This document shows, piece by piece, positions 9,347 through 18,305 of a stretch of 52,638 nucleotides of DNA. Position 1 is the stretch's first letter. Each line of letters begins with the position of its first letter. The position numbers and the translations under genes were made by a program. The notes beneath the pieces were generated by a model, which searched no databases, was not told the DNA's origin, and worked only from the letters and a program-made list of their open reading frames with translations. Source of the DNA: Deltaproteobacteria bacterium (GTDB taxonomy: Bacteria; Myxococcota; JACRCW01); assembly GCA_016218805.1 (NCBI GenBank), contig JACRCW010000156.1:1-52638 (forward strand), read 5' to 3'.

Positions 9347-10603
9347 TCAGGACGTGAAGAACTCAATGAGCCGGCTGCGCGCGGCGTCGGCGTCGTGCAT
9401 GCCCAGCTCCACCAGGTCGTGCGCGTACTCGCCGTCAAACAGCAGGTAGGACAGCAGGTCGTTCTCCGTCAGGCTCTCGTCCTCGCCAATGCGGCGGATG
9501 AGCCGGCCCACAATGCCGCCCACGCGCGCGGCCGCGCTCCCCAGGCGCGCGTGCTTGGCGGCAATGACGCCAATGTTGGTGGTGGGCTTGATCACCATGG
9601 GCTTGATGACGCGGTAGGCGCCCGCGTGGCGCGGTCCCATCACCTTGCTGATCTTCTCGGCAAACTCCGGCCCGTACACCTTGCGCCCGCCCTCGACGAG
9701 CGCGTTGGTGCGCTCCAGCCGCTCGATGTCGTACTCGGTGTGGTCCAGCAGCAGCGCGTTGAGGATCTTGCCCAGCAGGTAGGCGGCGGACGGGAACGAA
9801 TCCACGCGCTCGCTCTCCATGCGCTTGATCTCATCCACGCTCTCTTCATGGCGCAGGCCGATGACCAGCACGCGGTCCGCGCCCAGGCGCAGCGGCGGGG
9901 ACAGCGGCGTGTTGTGGCGCAGCCCGCCGTCACAGTACGTGCGGCCCTCCACCTCCACGGCGGGGAACAGCCACGGGATGGCGGCGGAGGCCAGCGCGTG
10001 CTGGTGGGTGATGCGCGTGGGGCGCGCGGTCACCCACGGGTCCCGGCTCCACGGCGGCACGCCGCCGCCGCGCCGCTCCACAAACACCACCGTCTTGCCC
10101 GTGCCAATGTCCGTGGCCGTGACGGTGAGCGCCTCCAGCCGCCCGGCGTTGATGTTGCGGCTGATCATGCCCCAGCGGTTGCCGTGCCGGACCAGCGCCT
10201 CCAGCGGGCCGGTGTGGAACAGACCGCCGCGCCGGCCGGGGCCAATGCGGTCATCCAGCTCGCCAAAGCCGCCGGAGCCCAGCACAAAGCGCGGCAGGTT
10301 GAGCAGCTCGCGCCAGCCCACCGAGTACACGCGTTCAATGCGGAGGCTCTCCCACAGCTCACACAGCTGCGCGCCCTGCATGTCCGGGACGTGCGCGTGC
10401 GCCGCCAGGAAGCACGCGTTGAGCGCGCCCACGCTGGTGCCCGAGACGATCTCGAACCGCGCGCGCTGGCGGACGCGCTCGGGGAGCTCTTCGCGGATGT
10501 AGCGGATGATCCCCGCCTCATAGGCGCCCCGCGCCCCGCCGCCGGACAGGACCAGTCCCGTCCAGGGTTCGTGCTTGACCGTCGTGGGGGCGGGCTCCGT
10601 CAT
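9347..10603 (-). CDS. patatin-like phospholipase
   Basis: LSGGGARG, GTSVG nucleophile motif, ASAAIP, DGG. Confidence 0.93.
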   Translation of the reverse strand: MTEPAPTTVKHEPWTGLVLSGGGARGAYEAGIIRYIREELPERVRQRARFEIVSGTSVGALNACFLAAHAHVPDMQGAQLCELWESLRIERVYSVGWRELLNLPRFVLGSGGFGELDDRIGPGRRGGLFHTGPLEALVRHGNRWGMISRNINAGRLEALTVTATDIGTGKTVVFVERRGGGVPPWSRDPWVTARPTRITHQHALASAAIPWLFPAVEVEGRTYCDGGLRHNTPLSPPLRLGADRVLVIGLRHEESVDEIKRMESERVDSFPSAAYLLGKILNALLLDHTEYDIERLERTNALVEGGRKVYGPEFAEKISKVMGPRHAGAYRVIKPMVIKPTTNIGVIAAKHARLGSAAARVGGIVGRLIRRIGEDESLTENDLLSYLLFDGEYAHDLVELGMHDADAARSRLIEFFTS

Positions 10604-10720
10604 GCCCCGCCATCTTTCCGCCGCCGGCGGCGGCAGCGCAACAAATCGCGCGGATTTGCGGCGCGCCCGGACGTCGGTGGCGCAGGGTGTGCGGCGGCGG
10701 TGGCGACGCGGGGAAGGCTC

Positions 10721-10749
10721 TTGACAGGCCCCACGGGGGCGCTTACAAG
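10721..10749 (+). promoter_or_regulatory. sigma70-type promoter of the tRNA gene
   Basis: TTGACA-17 bp-TACAAG, ending 17 bp upstream of the tRNA. Confidence 0.7.
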
Positions 10750-10766
10750 CCGCGCTCCCAACGTCT

Positions 10767-10839
<73 letters not shown>

Positions 10840-10854
10840 ACCTAGGAATCACCA

Positions 10855-10896
10855 CGGGGGCGCCCACGGAACACCGGGGGCGCCCCCGCCGGTTTT
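10855..10896 (+). terminator. probable intrinsic terminator after the tRNA
   Basis: 11-bp stem CGGGGGCGCCC/GGGCGCCCCCG followed by CCGGTTTT. Confidence 0.6.
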
Positions 10897-10933
10897 CCGG
10901 GCCCCCGCCGGCGCGAGTAGGCTCCGCCGGCGC

Positions 10934-11728
10934 ATGAAGCCCTACCTCGCCTCGCTGCCGCGCCACGCCCACACCTCCCACCGCGGCGGCAGCCTGCTGG
11001 CGCCGGAGAACACGCTGGCCGCGTTCCGCCAGGCGGTGGAGCGCTGGGACACGGACGTGCTGGAACTGGACGTGCGCCCCACCCGTGACGGCGCCGTGGT
11101 GGTGTTCCATGACGAGACGCTGGAGCGCACCACCAACGGCACGGGCCCCGTGTGCGAGCACAGCCTGGCGCAGCTGCAGGCGCTGGACGCGGGCCACCAC
11201 CTTGCGGGCTGGCGCGGCCGCGGCGCGGTGGTGCCCACGCTGCAGGAGGTGTTGGAGGCGTTCCCCGGCAAGCACGTCAACATTGAGCTGAAAGAGGGTG
11301 CGGACGCGTTCCTGGAGGCGTTTGCGGTGGTGGTGGAGGGCGCGGGCGCCGTGGACCGCGTGTGTGTGGGCCACGTGGACGAGGAGCGCGCCCACGCGCT
11401 GCGGGCGCGCCTGCCGGAGTGCGCAACCTTCTTTCCGCAGGATCCGCTGCTGCGCTTCTTCTCCGCCACCCGGGCCGACGGTGAGCCGCTGCCCGACGAG
11501 CCCTGGGACGTGCTGAGTCTGCCGCTGGAGTACCTGGGCCTGCGCGTGGTGGATGCGCGCCTGGTGGAGGCCGCGCACCGCGCCGGCAAGGCGGTGCACG
11601 TGTGGACCGTGGATGACCCGGGTGACATGCACGCGCTGTGGGACCTGGGCGTGGACAGCATCCTGACCGACCGGCCGGACGTGCTGCGCGCGGTGATGCA
11701 GGCGCGGGGTTACCCGCGCGGCGCGTGA
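10934..11728 (+). CDS. glycerophosphodiester phosphodiesterase family protein
   Basis: SHRGG…PENT, ELDV…DGAVVVFHD, NIELK, VHVWTVD, ILTDRP. Confidence 0.93.
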   Translation: MKPYLASLPRHAHTSHRGGSLLAPENTLAAFRQAVERWDTDVLELDVRPTRDGAVVVFHDETLERTTNGTGPVCEHSLAQLQALDAGHHLAGWRGRGAVVPTLQEVLEAFPGKHVNIELKEGADAFLEAFAVVVEGAGAVDRVCVGHVDEERAHALRARLPECATFFPQDPLLRFFSATRADGEPLPDEPWDVLSLPLEYLGLRVVDARLVEAAHRAGKAVHVWTVDDPGDMHALWDLGVDSILTDRPDVLRAVMQARGYPRGA

Positions 11729-11793
11729 GCGGCTGGATCAGCGGCTGGCCGGGACGGGGTGTTTGACTCGCCGGAAGCCGCGTGAATCGCCGC

Positions 11794-12399
11794 TCACCAC
11801 CCACCGTCCGGTGGCTCCAGCAGTTCCACCGACACGCCCGCCCGCCTCTTCTCCTTGTCGCCTGGAAAATCATACAGAACTGTGGTGTTCACCAGGATAC
11901 GGTAGTCCCTCAAAGCCGGGATTGCCCCCAGGGTCCAAACGAAGTCCACCACGCGTTCACACACCGTCATCCCGTCACACGCGCGCATGAAGCCCGGCTG
12001 GTAGTTGGTGGGGTCCACCATTGTCGTCCAGTCGTCCACCAGGGCGACCATCCCGGCATCGTTTGCATTGACCTGCACCACAAGACCGCCGTCCGCCACC
12101 CAATACGGATGCATCAGTGCCTCAAAGTGCACCCAAGGGGGCGAGACCTCGTCGGGGCGGGCGTCGGGACTTTCGACGAATGAAGCGTATAGTGTTGCGC
12201 CGCCTCCCTTGGCCAGCGGCTCCGGACTTTCCACGCGGTATAGGAACCTCCGCTTCGTCGGTGCGCCACCGTCCGTAGGAAGGGTTACAGGAATGTCACG
12301 GATGCTCGCTCCCTTGCTTCCACCGGGGTAGTTTGGGCCACACCAGCACGCAGAAACGACCGGTGCGAACAGCGCCCACCACACGTTGCACCGCTTCAC
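11794..12399 (-). CDS. putative lipoprotein, tandem paralogue 1 (201 aa)
   Basis: GTG start after GGAGGGGGAG; lipobox-like VVSA-C; about 80% identical, without gaps, to 12593..13198. Confidence 0.75.
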   Translation of the reverse strand: MKRCNVWWALFAPVVSACWCGPNYPGGSKGASIRDIPVTLPTDGGAPTKRRFLYRVESPEPLAKGGGATLYASFVESPDARPDEVSPPWVHFEALMHPYWVADGGLVVQVNANDAGMVALVDDWTTMVDPTNYQPGFMRACDGMTVCERVVDFVWTLGAIPALRDYRILVNTTVLYDFPGDKEKRRAGVSVELLEPPDGGW

Positions 12400-12599
12400 A
12401 ACGGCTCCCCCTCCGTCGCGGAACTCGTCGAGAAGCCGCGGATCGCCCCGCCGAGCGACTGCCGTGCAGTGAAGCCCGGTCCTGGACGGTTGCTGCTGAA
12501 CCAACCGGCCCGGTCACCGCCTTCCACAAAGACGTAGGTGAATCCCTGGGAATCCGTAACCGCGACCGGCGCAGATGCCGCGTGACCGCGTCTCACCAC
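12396..12599 (-). pseudogene. orphan C-terminal gene fragment 1 (…LGGAIRGFSTSSATEGEPL*)
   Basis: Stop overlaps the lipoprotein start (GTGA); homologous to the fragment at 13195..13290. Confidence 0.5.
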
Positions 12600-13198
12600 C
12601 CACCGTCCGGCGGCTCGACCAGTTCCACCGACACGCCCGCTCGCCTCTTCTCTTCATCGCCGGGGAAGCCATACAGAAAGGCAGTGTCCACCTGAATGCG
12701 GTAGTCCCTCAAAGCCGGTATTGCACCCAGGGTCCATACGAAGTCCACCACGCGCTCACAGACTCTCATCCCTTCGCATTTGCGCATGAAGAGCGGTTGG
12801 TAGTTGGTGGGTTCCACTGCGGTGGTCCAGTCGTCCACCAGCGCAAAGAAGCCTGCGTCGTTCGCCCCCGTGTCAACAACAACGCCGCCGTCCGGCACCA
12901 GGTACGGATGCACCAAGGCTTCGAAATGCATCCATGGCGGGGAAACTCGGTCAGGCCTGGTGTCGGGATCCTCAACGAACGAGATGGCGAGCGTTGCTCC
13001 GCCGCCCGCAGCCAGAGGCTCGGGACTTTCTACTCGGAAGATGAACCTCCGCATGGTGGGCGGGCCACCGTCTGTGGGAAGGGTCACGGGAATGTCGTTA
13101 ATGCTCCATCCCTTGCTTCCACCAGGGTAATTTGAGCCACACCAACACGCAGAAACGGCCGGCGCCAACAACACCCACCACACGTGGCACCGCTTCAC
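12593..13198 (-). CDS. putative lipoprotein, tandem paralogue 2 (201 aa)
   Basis: GTG start after GGAGGGAGAG; lipobox-like AVSA-C; paralogue of 11794..12399. Confidence 0.75.
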   Translation of the reverse strand: MKRCHVWWVLLAPAVSACWCGSNYPGGSKGWSINDIPVTLPTDGGPPTMRRFIFRVESPEPLAAGGGATLAISFVEDPDTRPDRVSPPWMHFEALVHPYLVPDGGVVVDTGANDAGFFALVDDWTTAVEPTNYQPLFMRKCEGMRVCERVVDFVWTLGAIPALRDYRIQVDTAFLYGFPGDEEKRRAGVSVELVEPPDGGW

Positions 13199-13290
13199 AA
13201 CGGCTCTCCCTCCGTCGCGGAACTCGTCGGAATGCCCCGAATCACTCCGCCGACGGGACCCGCGTATCCTGGCGATCGATTCGTGACCAT
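13195..13290 (-). pseudogene. orphan C-terminal gene fragment 2 (…VGGVIRGIPTSSATEGEPL*)
   Basis: Manual translation; same frame relationship (GTGA overlap) and same C-terminus as fragment 1. Confidence 0.45.
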
Positions 13291-13334
13291 TCCGTGGCGC
13301 CGGAGGCGGACTCATGTACGGCCGCGCTCGCGAG

Positions 13335-14069
13335 TCATTCGCCGTTGCCGGCCATCATCGTCGTCATCCGCACCAGCTGCCAGACCACCAGGCCCATGGC
13401 CGCGGCGCTCCCCACAAACGCGGCGGCGCGCAGCAGCTGCGTGCGCGCTTCGCTGCGGTAGACGGACTCCGTGTCACGCGTGTTGGCGGCCATGGCCACC
13501 GCCTGGGCCAGCACGCGGTCACGCCCCTTTTGCGCCGCCTTGTCACGCGGGTACGCCTTGAGGTGGTCCCGGTAGCGCATGCCGGCAAACGGCAGCGCCT
13601 GCACGGAGGCGCAGTAGGCAACGAACACCTCGTGCGCGCGGGGGTTGCCCCAGTCACGCGCGGCCCGGTTCCACGCCGCGTTGAGGTGGCCCTCAAGACC
13701 GGCCTCCGGCATGGCTGCGGGGGCCACCATGCCTTCCGTCAGCGGGACGGGGAGGGACGGCTCTACCGGGCGGGGCTTCAGGGTCAGCGCTGTTGCCGGG
13801 ACAGCGACGGGCAGGGCCATGGCGTCGGCCAGGCCCGGACCCGGGGTGGGGACCGCGTCGGCCGGAGGAGGTGCACCTTCAGACGGCGCCGGGACAAGCG
13901 GGGGTGTTGGCAGCGGGTCCGCGGCAGGCGGGTCGCTGACGGCCACGCCATCCGGCCGCAGTGCGGCGGTGGCACCGCAGGCAGCGCAGGTGAAGGACAG
14001 CACGCCATCCTCGGCGCGGAAGGTGCGGAGGTCGAACAGCGACTTGCAGAGCGGACACTGGACGATCAT
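13335..14069 (-). CDS. zinc-ribbon (MJ0042-like) domain protein with C-terminal TM helix
   Basis: MIVQCPLC…FTCAACG, Pro-rich linker, C-terminal hydrophobic helix. Confidence 0.85.
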   Translation of the reverse strand: MIVQCPLCKSLFDLRTFRAEDGVLSFTCAACGATAALRPDGVAVSDPPAADPLPTPPLVPAPSEGAPPPADAVPTPGPGLADAMALPVAVPATALTLKPRPVEPSLPVPLTEGMVAPAAMPEAGLEGHLNAAWNRAARDWGNPRAHEVFVAYCASVQALPFAGMRYRDHLKAYPRDKAAQKGRDRVLAQAVAMAANTRDTESVYRSEARTQLLRAAAFVGSAAAMGLVVWQLVRMTTMMAGNGE

Positions 14070-14139
14070 CGCGGTGCCTGACGGGCGGGCATGTTGGCAC
14101 GGCGCGGAGGGGGCCTCCAGTCCGCGGCCGCGGATCCGT

Positions 14140-15150
14140 TCACAGCCCGGACCGCGGCAGCGGGTCTGGCACCAGGCACAGCGCAAAGGCCAGCACGCAC
14201 AGGACAAGCACCGCCCATTGGCGCGCGCCCAGCGGCGGGCTGCCCTCCGGGGGCGGCGGATGGCGCAGCCCGGCCAACAGGCCCAGCAGCACCATCCCCG
14301 CGGCAACCGCCAGCCACGCCCAGTGGCGGCTGGCCACGGCGGCCAGCGGCAGCGCGGCAAACGTGAGGACGGACAGCGGCAGCGCGCGCCGCGGAGTAAC
14401 AGCAGCGGCGATGTGCCCGCCGTCCAGTTGGCCGAACGGCAGCAGGTTGAACCACGTCAGGTACAGCCCGTACCAGCCGGCCAGCGCCATGGGGTGCAGC
14501 ACCAGGTAGCGGTCCGGCGGCAGGCCCCCGTGCACCAACCACCGCGCCAGGGCCAGCGCGGGGGATTCCGGCATGGACAGGCCGCCCAGGCGCAGGAACA
14601 CGGTCATCTCCTCGGCGGTCTTCACCTCAGAGGAGCCCACGCCCACCAGCAGGAACAGGAACGCGACCAGAAAACCGGTCAGCGGTCCGGCGGCCGCGAT
14701 CTCCAGCATGGCGCGCCGCGGCCGCGGCGTGTCCGCGTCCATGGCGATGAGCGCGCCCATGGTCCCCAGCCCCGCCGGGATGGGCATGAAGAACGGCCAG
14801 GACGCTGGCACCTTCCAGGCGCGCGCCACCAGGTAGTGACCCATTTCATGCGTGAACAGCGACGCGAGCAGCGGCGCCGCAAACGCAATCCCGTCCAGCA
14901 CGCGCGCGGGGTCACGCCGCAGCAGCGCCCACGCCACCCACATGGAGGTGGGCGCCGGCCGGTGCGCCAGCCCCACGCCGGCCAGCACCGTGGTGACAAC
15001 GGTGCACAGGAACAGCACCAGGTGGAGCAGCCCGGGATGCGCGCGCCCCGGCGGTGCGGGACGCCCCTGCGCGGGGGCGGGGGAGAACAGTGCACCGCCC
15101 CAGCCGGTGCGGCCGGGGGCGGACCCGTGGGGGGACGGCGTGGGGTTCAC
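14140..15150 (-). CDS. site-2 protease family (M50) membrane metalloprotease
   Basis: HEMGH, IAAAGP, WFNLLPFGQLDGGH, multiple TM segments; start uncertain (15150/15159). Confidence 0.92.
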   Translation of the reverse strand: MNPTPSPHGSAPGRTGWGGALFSPAPAQGRPAPPGRAHPGLLHLVLFLCTVVTTVLAGVGLAHRPAPTSMWVAWALLRRDPARVLDGIAFAAPLLASLFTHEMGHYLVARAWKVPASWPFFMPIPAGLGTMGALIAMDADTPRPRRAMLEIAAAGPLTGFLVAFLFLLVGVGSSEVKTAEEMTVFLRLGGLSMPESPALALARWLVHGGLPPDRYLVLHPMALAGWYGLYLTWFNLLPFGQLDGGHIAAAVTPRRALPLSVLTFAALPLAAVASRHWAWLAVAAGMVLLGLLAGLRHPPPPEGSPPLGARQWAVLVLCVLAFALCLVPDPLPRSGL

Positions 15151-15264
15151 CGGTGTCACCGTGGCCGCGGAGTCATCCGCGTTCCCCGCGCCACGCGCAA
15201 GCAGCGGTGCCCGGGTTGTCGGGGACGGGCGCCGCCCGTATGTTGCCCGGCGACAGGAGCGGCA

Positions 15265-15813
15265 ATGGCAACACGGGAAATCCTCATCTGGCCGGACAAG
15301 CGCCTGGCGCAGAAGTGCGTGGCGGTGGCCGACGTGAACGACGACATCCGGGCCCTGGCCAGGGACATGCTGGAGTCCATGTACCAGGCCAATGGCGTGG
15401 GCCTGGCCGCGCCGCAGGTGGGCGTGCTCAAGCGCATGGTGGTCATTGACCTGCAGGGCCGGGACGGCGCGCCGTCCGGCGAGCCACCGCTGGTGCTCAT
15501 CAACCCGGTGTTCAACGACATGCAGGGCGAGCTGACGTGGGAGGAGGGCTGCCTGTCCGTTCCCAATGAGGTGGGCCAGGTCACGCGCTACGCGCGCTGC
15601 GTGGTGGACTACACGGACCTGGATGGGAAGCCGCAGCGCGTGACGGGTGAGGGCCTGGCCAGCGTGGCGTTGCAGCACGAATGCGACCACCTGGAGGGCA
15701 AGCTGTTTGTGGACTACCTCAGCCCCATCAAGCGCAACGTGATCCGCCGGCGCATGCTCAAGCTGAAAGCGGAACGCGAACGCAACCGCCCGGTCCAGGC
15801 CGCCGCGCTCTGA
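15265..15813 (+). CDS. def: peptide deformylase
   Basis: GVGLAAPQVG, EGCLS, QHECDHLEG; AGGAG RBS. Confidence 0.97.
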   Translation: MATREILIWPDKRLAQKCVAVADVNDDIRALARDMLESMYQANGVGLAAPQVGVLKRMVVIDLQGRDGAPSGEPPLVLINPVFNDMQGELTWEEGCLSVPNEVGQVTRYARCVVDYTDLDGKPQRVTGEGLASVALQHECDHLEGKLFVDYLSPIKRNVIRRRMLKLKAERERNRPVQAAAL

Positions 15814-15823
15814 CGACGACACC

Positions 15824-16768
15824 ATGGGCCTCCGCGTCCTCTTCATGGGCTCGCCCGCCTTTGCGGTGCCGTCCTTGCGGGCGCTGCACGCGGCGGGGCA
15901 CACCGTGCTGTGCGCCGTGTGCCAGCCGGATGCGCCCAAGGACCGCGGCCACCGGTTGCAGCCGCCGCCGGTGAAGGAAGCCGCGCTGGAACTGGGCATC
16001 CCCGTGCGCCAGCCGGAGCGGGTGAAGGGCCCGCGCGGGCAGGCGTTCCTGGACGAGGTGAAGACTCTGGGCGCGGACATTGGCGTGGTGGCGGCGTACG
16101 GGAAGATCCTGCCGCAGGAGCTGCTGGATGCGCCGCGCGCGGGCTGCGTGAACCTGCACGCGTCCCTGCTGCCGCGCTTCCGCGGGGCTTCGCCCATCCA
16201 GCACGCCATCCTGGAGGGGGACGCGGAGACCGGCGTGTGCCTGATGCGGATGGTGCTGGAACTGGATGCGGGCGGTGTGTTTGCCCGCGCCCGCACGCCC
16301 ATCCGGGACGACGACACCGCGGAGACCCTCTCCGAGCGGTTGGCGGGGCTGGCCGCGACGCTGTGCACCGCGCGCCTGGATGAGGTGGTGAGCGGCGCGC
16401 TGGTGGCGGAGCCGCAGGCGGCCGAGGGGATGACCTACGCGCCGTTGCTCACCAGGCAGATGGGACGGTTGGACCTGACGGGAGACGCCGCGCGCGAGGC
16501 CCGGCGCATCCGCGCCATGACGCCGTGGCCGGGCACCTGGCTGCCGTTCCGCGGCGAGGTCCTCAAGGTCCACGCCGCCCGCGCGGAGGTGGGCGGAGGT
16601 GGTGCGCCCGCAACCGTGCTGGCGGTGGGGGACGGGATCCGCGTGGCGTGCGGGACGGGCTCGCTCGTCGTCACCGAAGTGCAGGCGGCCGGCAAGCGGC
16701 GCATGCACGCGGCGGATTGGGCCCGCGGCGCGCGGCTGCAACCGGGTGACATGCTGGCCGAGCGCTGA
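15824..16768 (+). CDS. fmt: methionyl-tRNA formyltransferase
   Basis: FMGSPAFA, VAAYGKIL, NLHASLLPRFRGASPI, LDAG; follows def. Confidence 0.97.
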   Translation: MGLRVLFMGSPAFAVPSLRALHAAGHTVLCAVCQPDAPKDRGHRLQPPPVKEAALELGIPVRQPERVKGPRGQAFLDEVKTLGADIGVVAAYGKILPQELLDAPRAGCVNLHASLLPRFRGASPIQHAILEGDAETGVCLMRMVLELDAGGVFARARTPIRDDDTAETLSERLAGLAATLCTARLDEVVSGALVAEPQAAEGMTYAPLLTRQMGRLDLTGDAAREARRIRAMTPWPGTWLPFRGEVLKVHAARAEVGGGGAPATVLAVGDGIRVACGTGSLVVTEVQAAGKRRMHAADWARGARLQPGDMLAER

Positions 16769-16781
16769 ACGCAGGCAGAAG

Positions 16782-16909
16782 TCAGGGCGCGCTCTTGAGG
16801 GATCCCCTCATTGCCGGTCCACGCCAGGATGAGAGCTAGCGGAGTCCTCCCGGGGATGCCAGCGTCGTTATGAGGGGATGCCTCAGGGCGCCTCAGGGCG
16901 CGCTCTTGA
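16782..16909. mobile_element. small MITE-like remnant: 16-bp inverted repeats inside 17-bp direct repeats
   Basis: TCAGGGCGCGCTCTTGA at 16782-16798 and 16893-16909; TGAGGGATCCCCTCAT (16796-16811) versus ATGAGGGGATGCCTCA (16870-16885), one mismatch. Confidence 0.55.
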
Positions 16910-17612
16910 ACGTGGCCGCGCGCACCTGCTCCGCCCGGACGGAACCGCCGCCAAACGCGGGGTCCAGCGTGCCCGGCCGTGACCGCGTGAGCGTCACCGT
17001 GGCGTCACACGTTTCGGTCTGGTCCCCGGAGGCCTTGCGCAACGTCCCGCGCGTGACCGTGGTGCCCAGCGTCTGCGGGTCCAGCGTCCGCGTGTAGTTG
17101 TCAAAGCACGTGCCGGCCACCAGCAACTCCAGCGTGTCCGCGCTGATGTCACTGGTCCACGTCAGCACCAGGTCCTCCGCCGCGCGGGACAGGCCCTGCG
17201 CGCCGTGGTCATTGATGGCGCCCAGCGTGAACGGGACCGGCAGCTCCGCCGACGACGAGGGCGCGCTGGGGAAGCTGCCCGTGCGCGTGAAGGAGACCAC
17301 AAACGCCGCGGCGTCCGCCGGCTGCGCCGAGAACGTGGTGGCGTACGTGATGAAGCCCAGCAGGCTGGTGCGCGTGAGTTCGTGCGTCTCCGCCGAATGG
17401 GTGGCCTCCAGCTTGTCCGAGTTGGCCAGGTCAATGAACGTGGCCGCGGTATCCGCCTTGCGGAGCGTGACGCTCACATCCGCCGTGGCCCCACCCTTGT
17501 GCGTCACCACGATCTTCGCGTCCATGTCGCGGGTGGCGATATCGTCGGAGACCTCCGTGGTGCAGGCGGAACCCAGGGACAGGGCGAACAGACCGGCCAG
17601 AACTCGTTGCAT
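16893..17612 (-). CDS. lipoprotein of unknown function
   Basis: AGGAGG RBS; MQRVLAGLFALSLGSA-C lipobox; beta-rich mature part. Confidence 0.85.
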   Translation of the reverse strand: MQRVLAGLFALSLGSACTTEVSDDIATRDMDAKIVVTHKGGATADVSVTLRKADTAATFIDLANSDKLEATHSAETHELTRTSLLGFITYATTFSAQPADAAAFVVSFTRTGSFPSAPSSSAELPVPFTLGAINDHGAQGLSRAAEDLVLTWTSDISADTLELLVAGTCFDNYTRTLDPQTLGTTVTRGTLRKASGDQTETCDATVTLTRSRPGTLDPAFGGGSVRAEQVRAATFKSAP

Positions 17613-17685
17613 TGAAATCCTCCTTTTTGACCCCACGCGCCCGGGACCATGCCACACGCCAACGCGGGCCGCGAGTGCCACGCCG

Positions 17686-18249
17686 TCACGGAGCGTCAAG
17701 TGCCTGCGTGACCGCGGCGCGCATCACGTCCGGCTCGGTGTAGCCCATGAATTGCCGCACCACGCGCCCGTTCCGGTCCACCAGTACCGTCATGGGAAGG
17801 CTGACAACGCGGTAGCGCTCCCCGGTGTTCTCCGTGTCAAACAGCACGGGAAACGCAAAGGGCCGGCCGCGCAGGTAGGCCTCCACCTTGGGGCGGTCCT
17901 CGGGCTCACGGTTGATGGCCAGCACGGTGAAGCCGCGCGCCTGCAGGTCGTCGTGGAGGCGGCCGAGTTCGGGGAGTTCGCGCAGGCAGGGGGGGCACCA
18001 GGTGGCCCAGAAGTCCAGCAGCACCACGCGGCCGCGTTGGCTCTCCAGGGACAGCTTCTCCGCGGCGGCGTACCGCGGCAGCGTGAAGGCGGGCGCCACG
18101 TCACCGGGCAACAGCGGGCTCAGTTCATCCCGCCGGCGGAAGGCGTCCAGCGCCCCCAGCGCCAGCGAGAAGCCCAACACGACGAGGAGAACGACCCCGG
18201 CGGACGTCTCCAGGCGCGGGCGCCGACGGGTCTGCGGCTGCGAGGTCAC
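17686..18249 (-). CDS. TlpA/ResA-family thiol-disulfide oxidoreductase
   Basis: TM anchor, APAFTL, LDFWATWCPPC, SLPMTVLVD. Confidence 0.93.
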   Translation of the reverse strand: MTSQPQTRRRPRLETSAGVVLLVVLGFSLALGALDAFRRRDELSPLLPGDVAPAFTLPRYAAAEKLSLESQRGRVVLLDFWATWCPPCLRELPELGRLHDDLQARGFTVLAINREPEDRPKVEAYLRGRPFAFPVLFDTENTGERYRVVSLPMTVLVDRNGRVVRQFMGYTEPDVMRAAVTQALDAP

Positions 18250-18305
18250 GCGTGGCGTGCTAGCAGAGCCGCGTGCCCAAGGCACCACCCCCGCCCCGGG
18301 AACCC

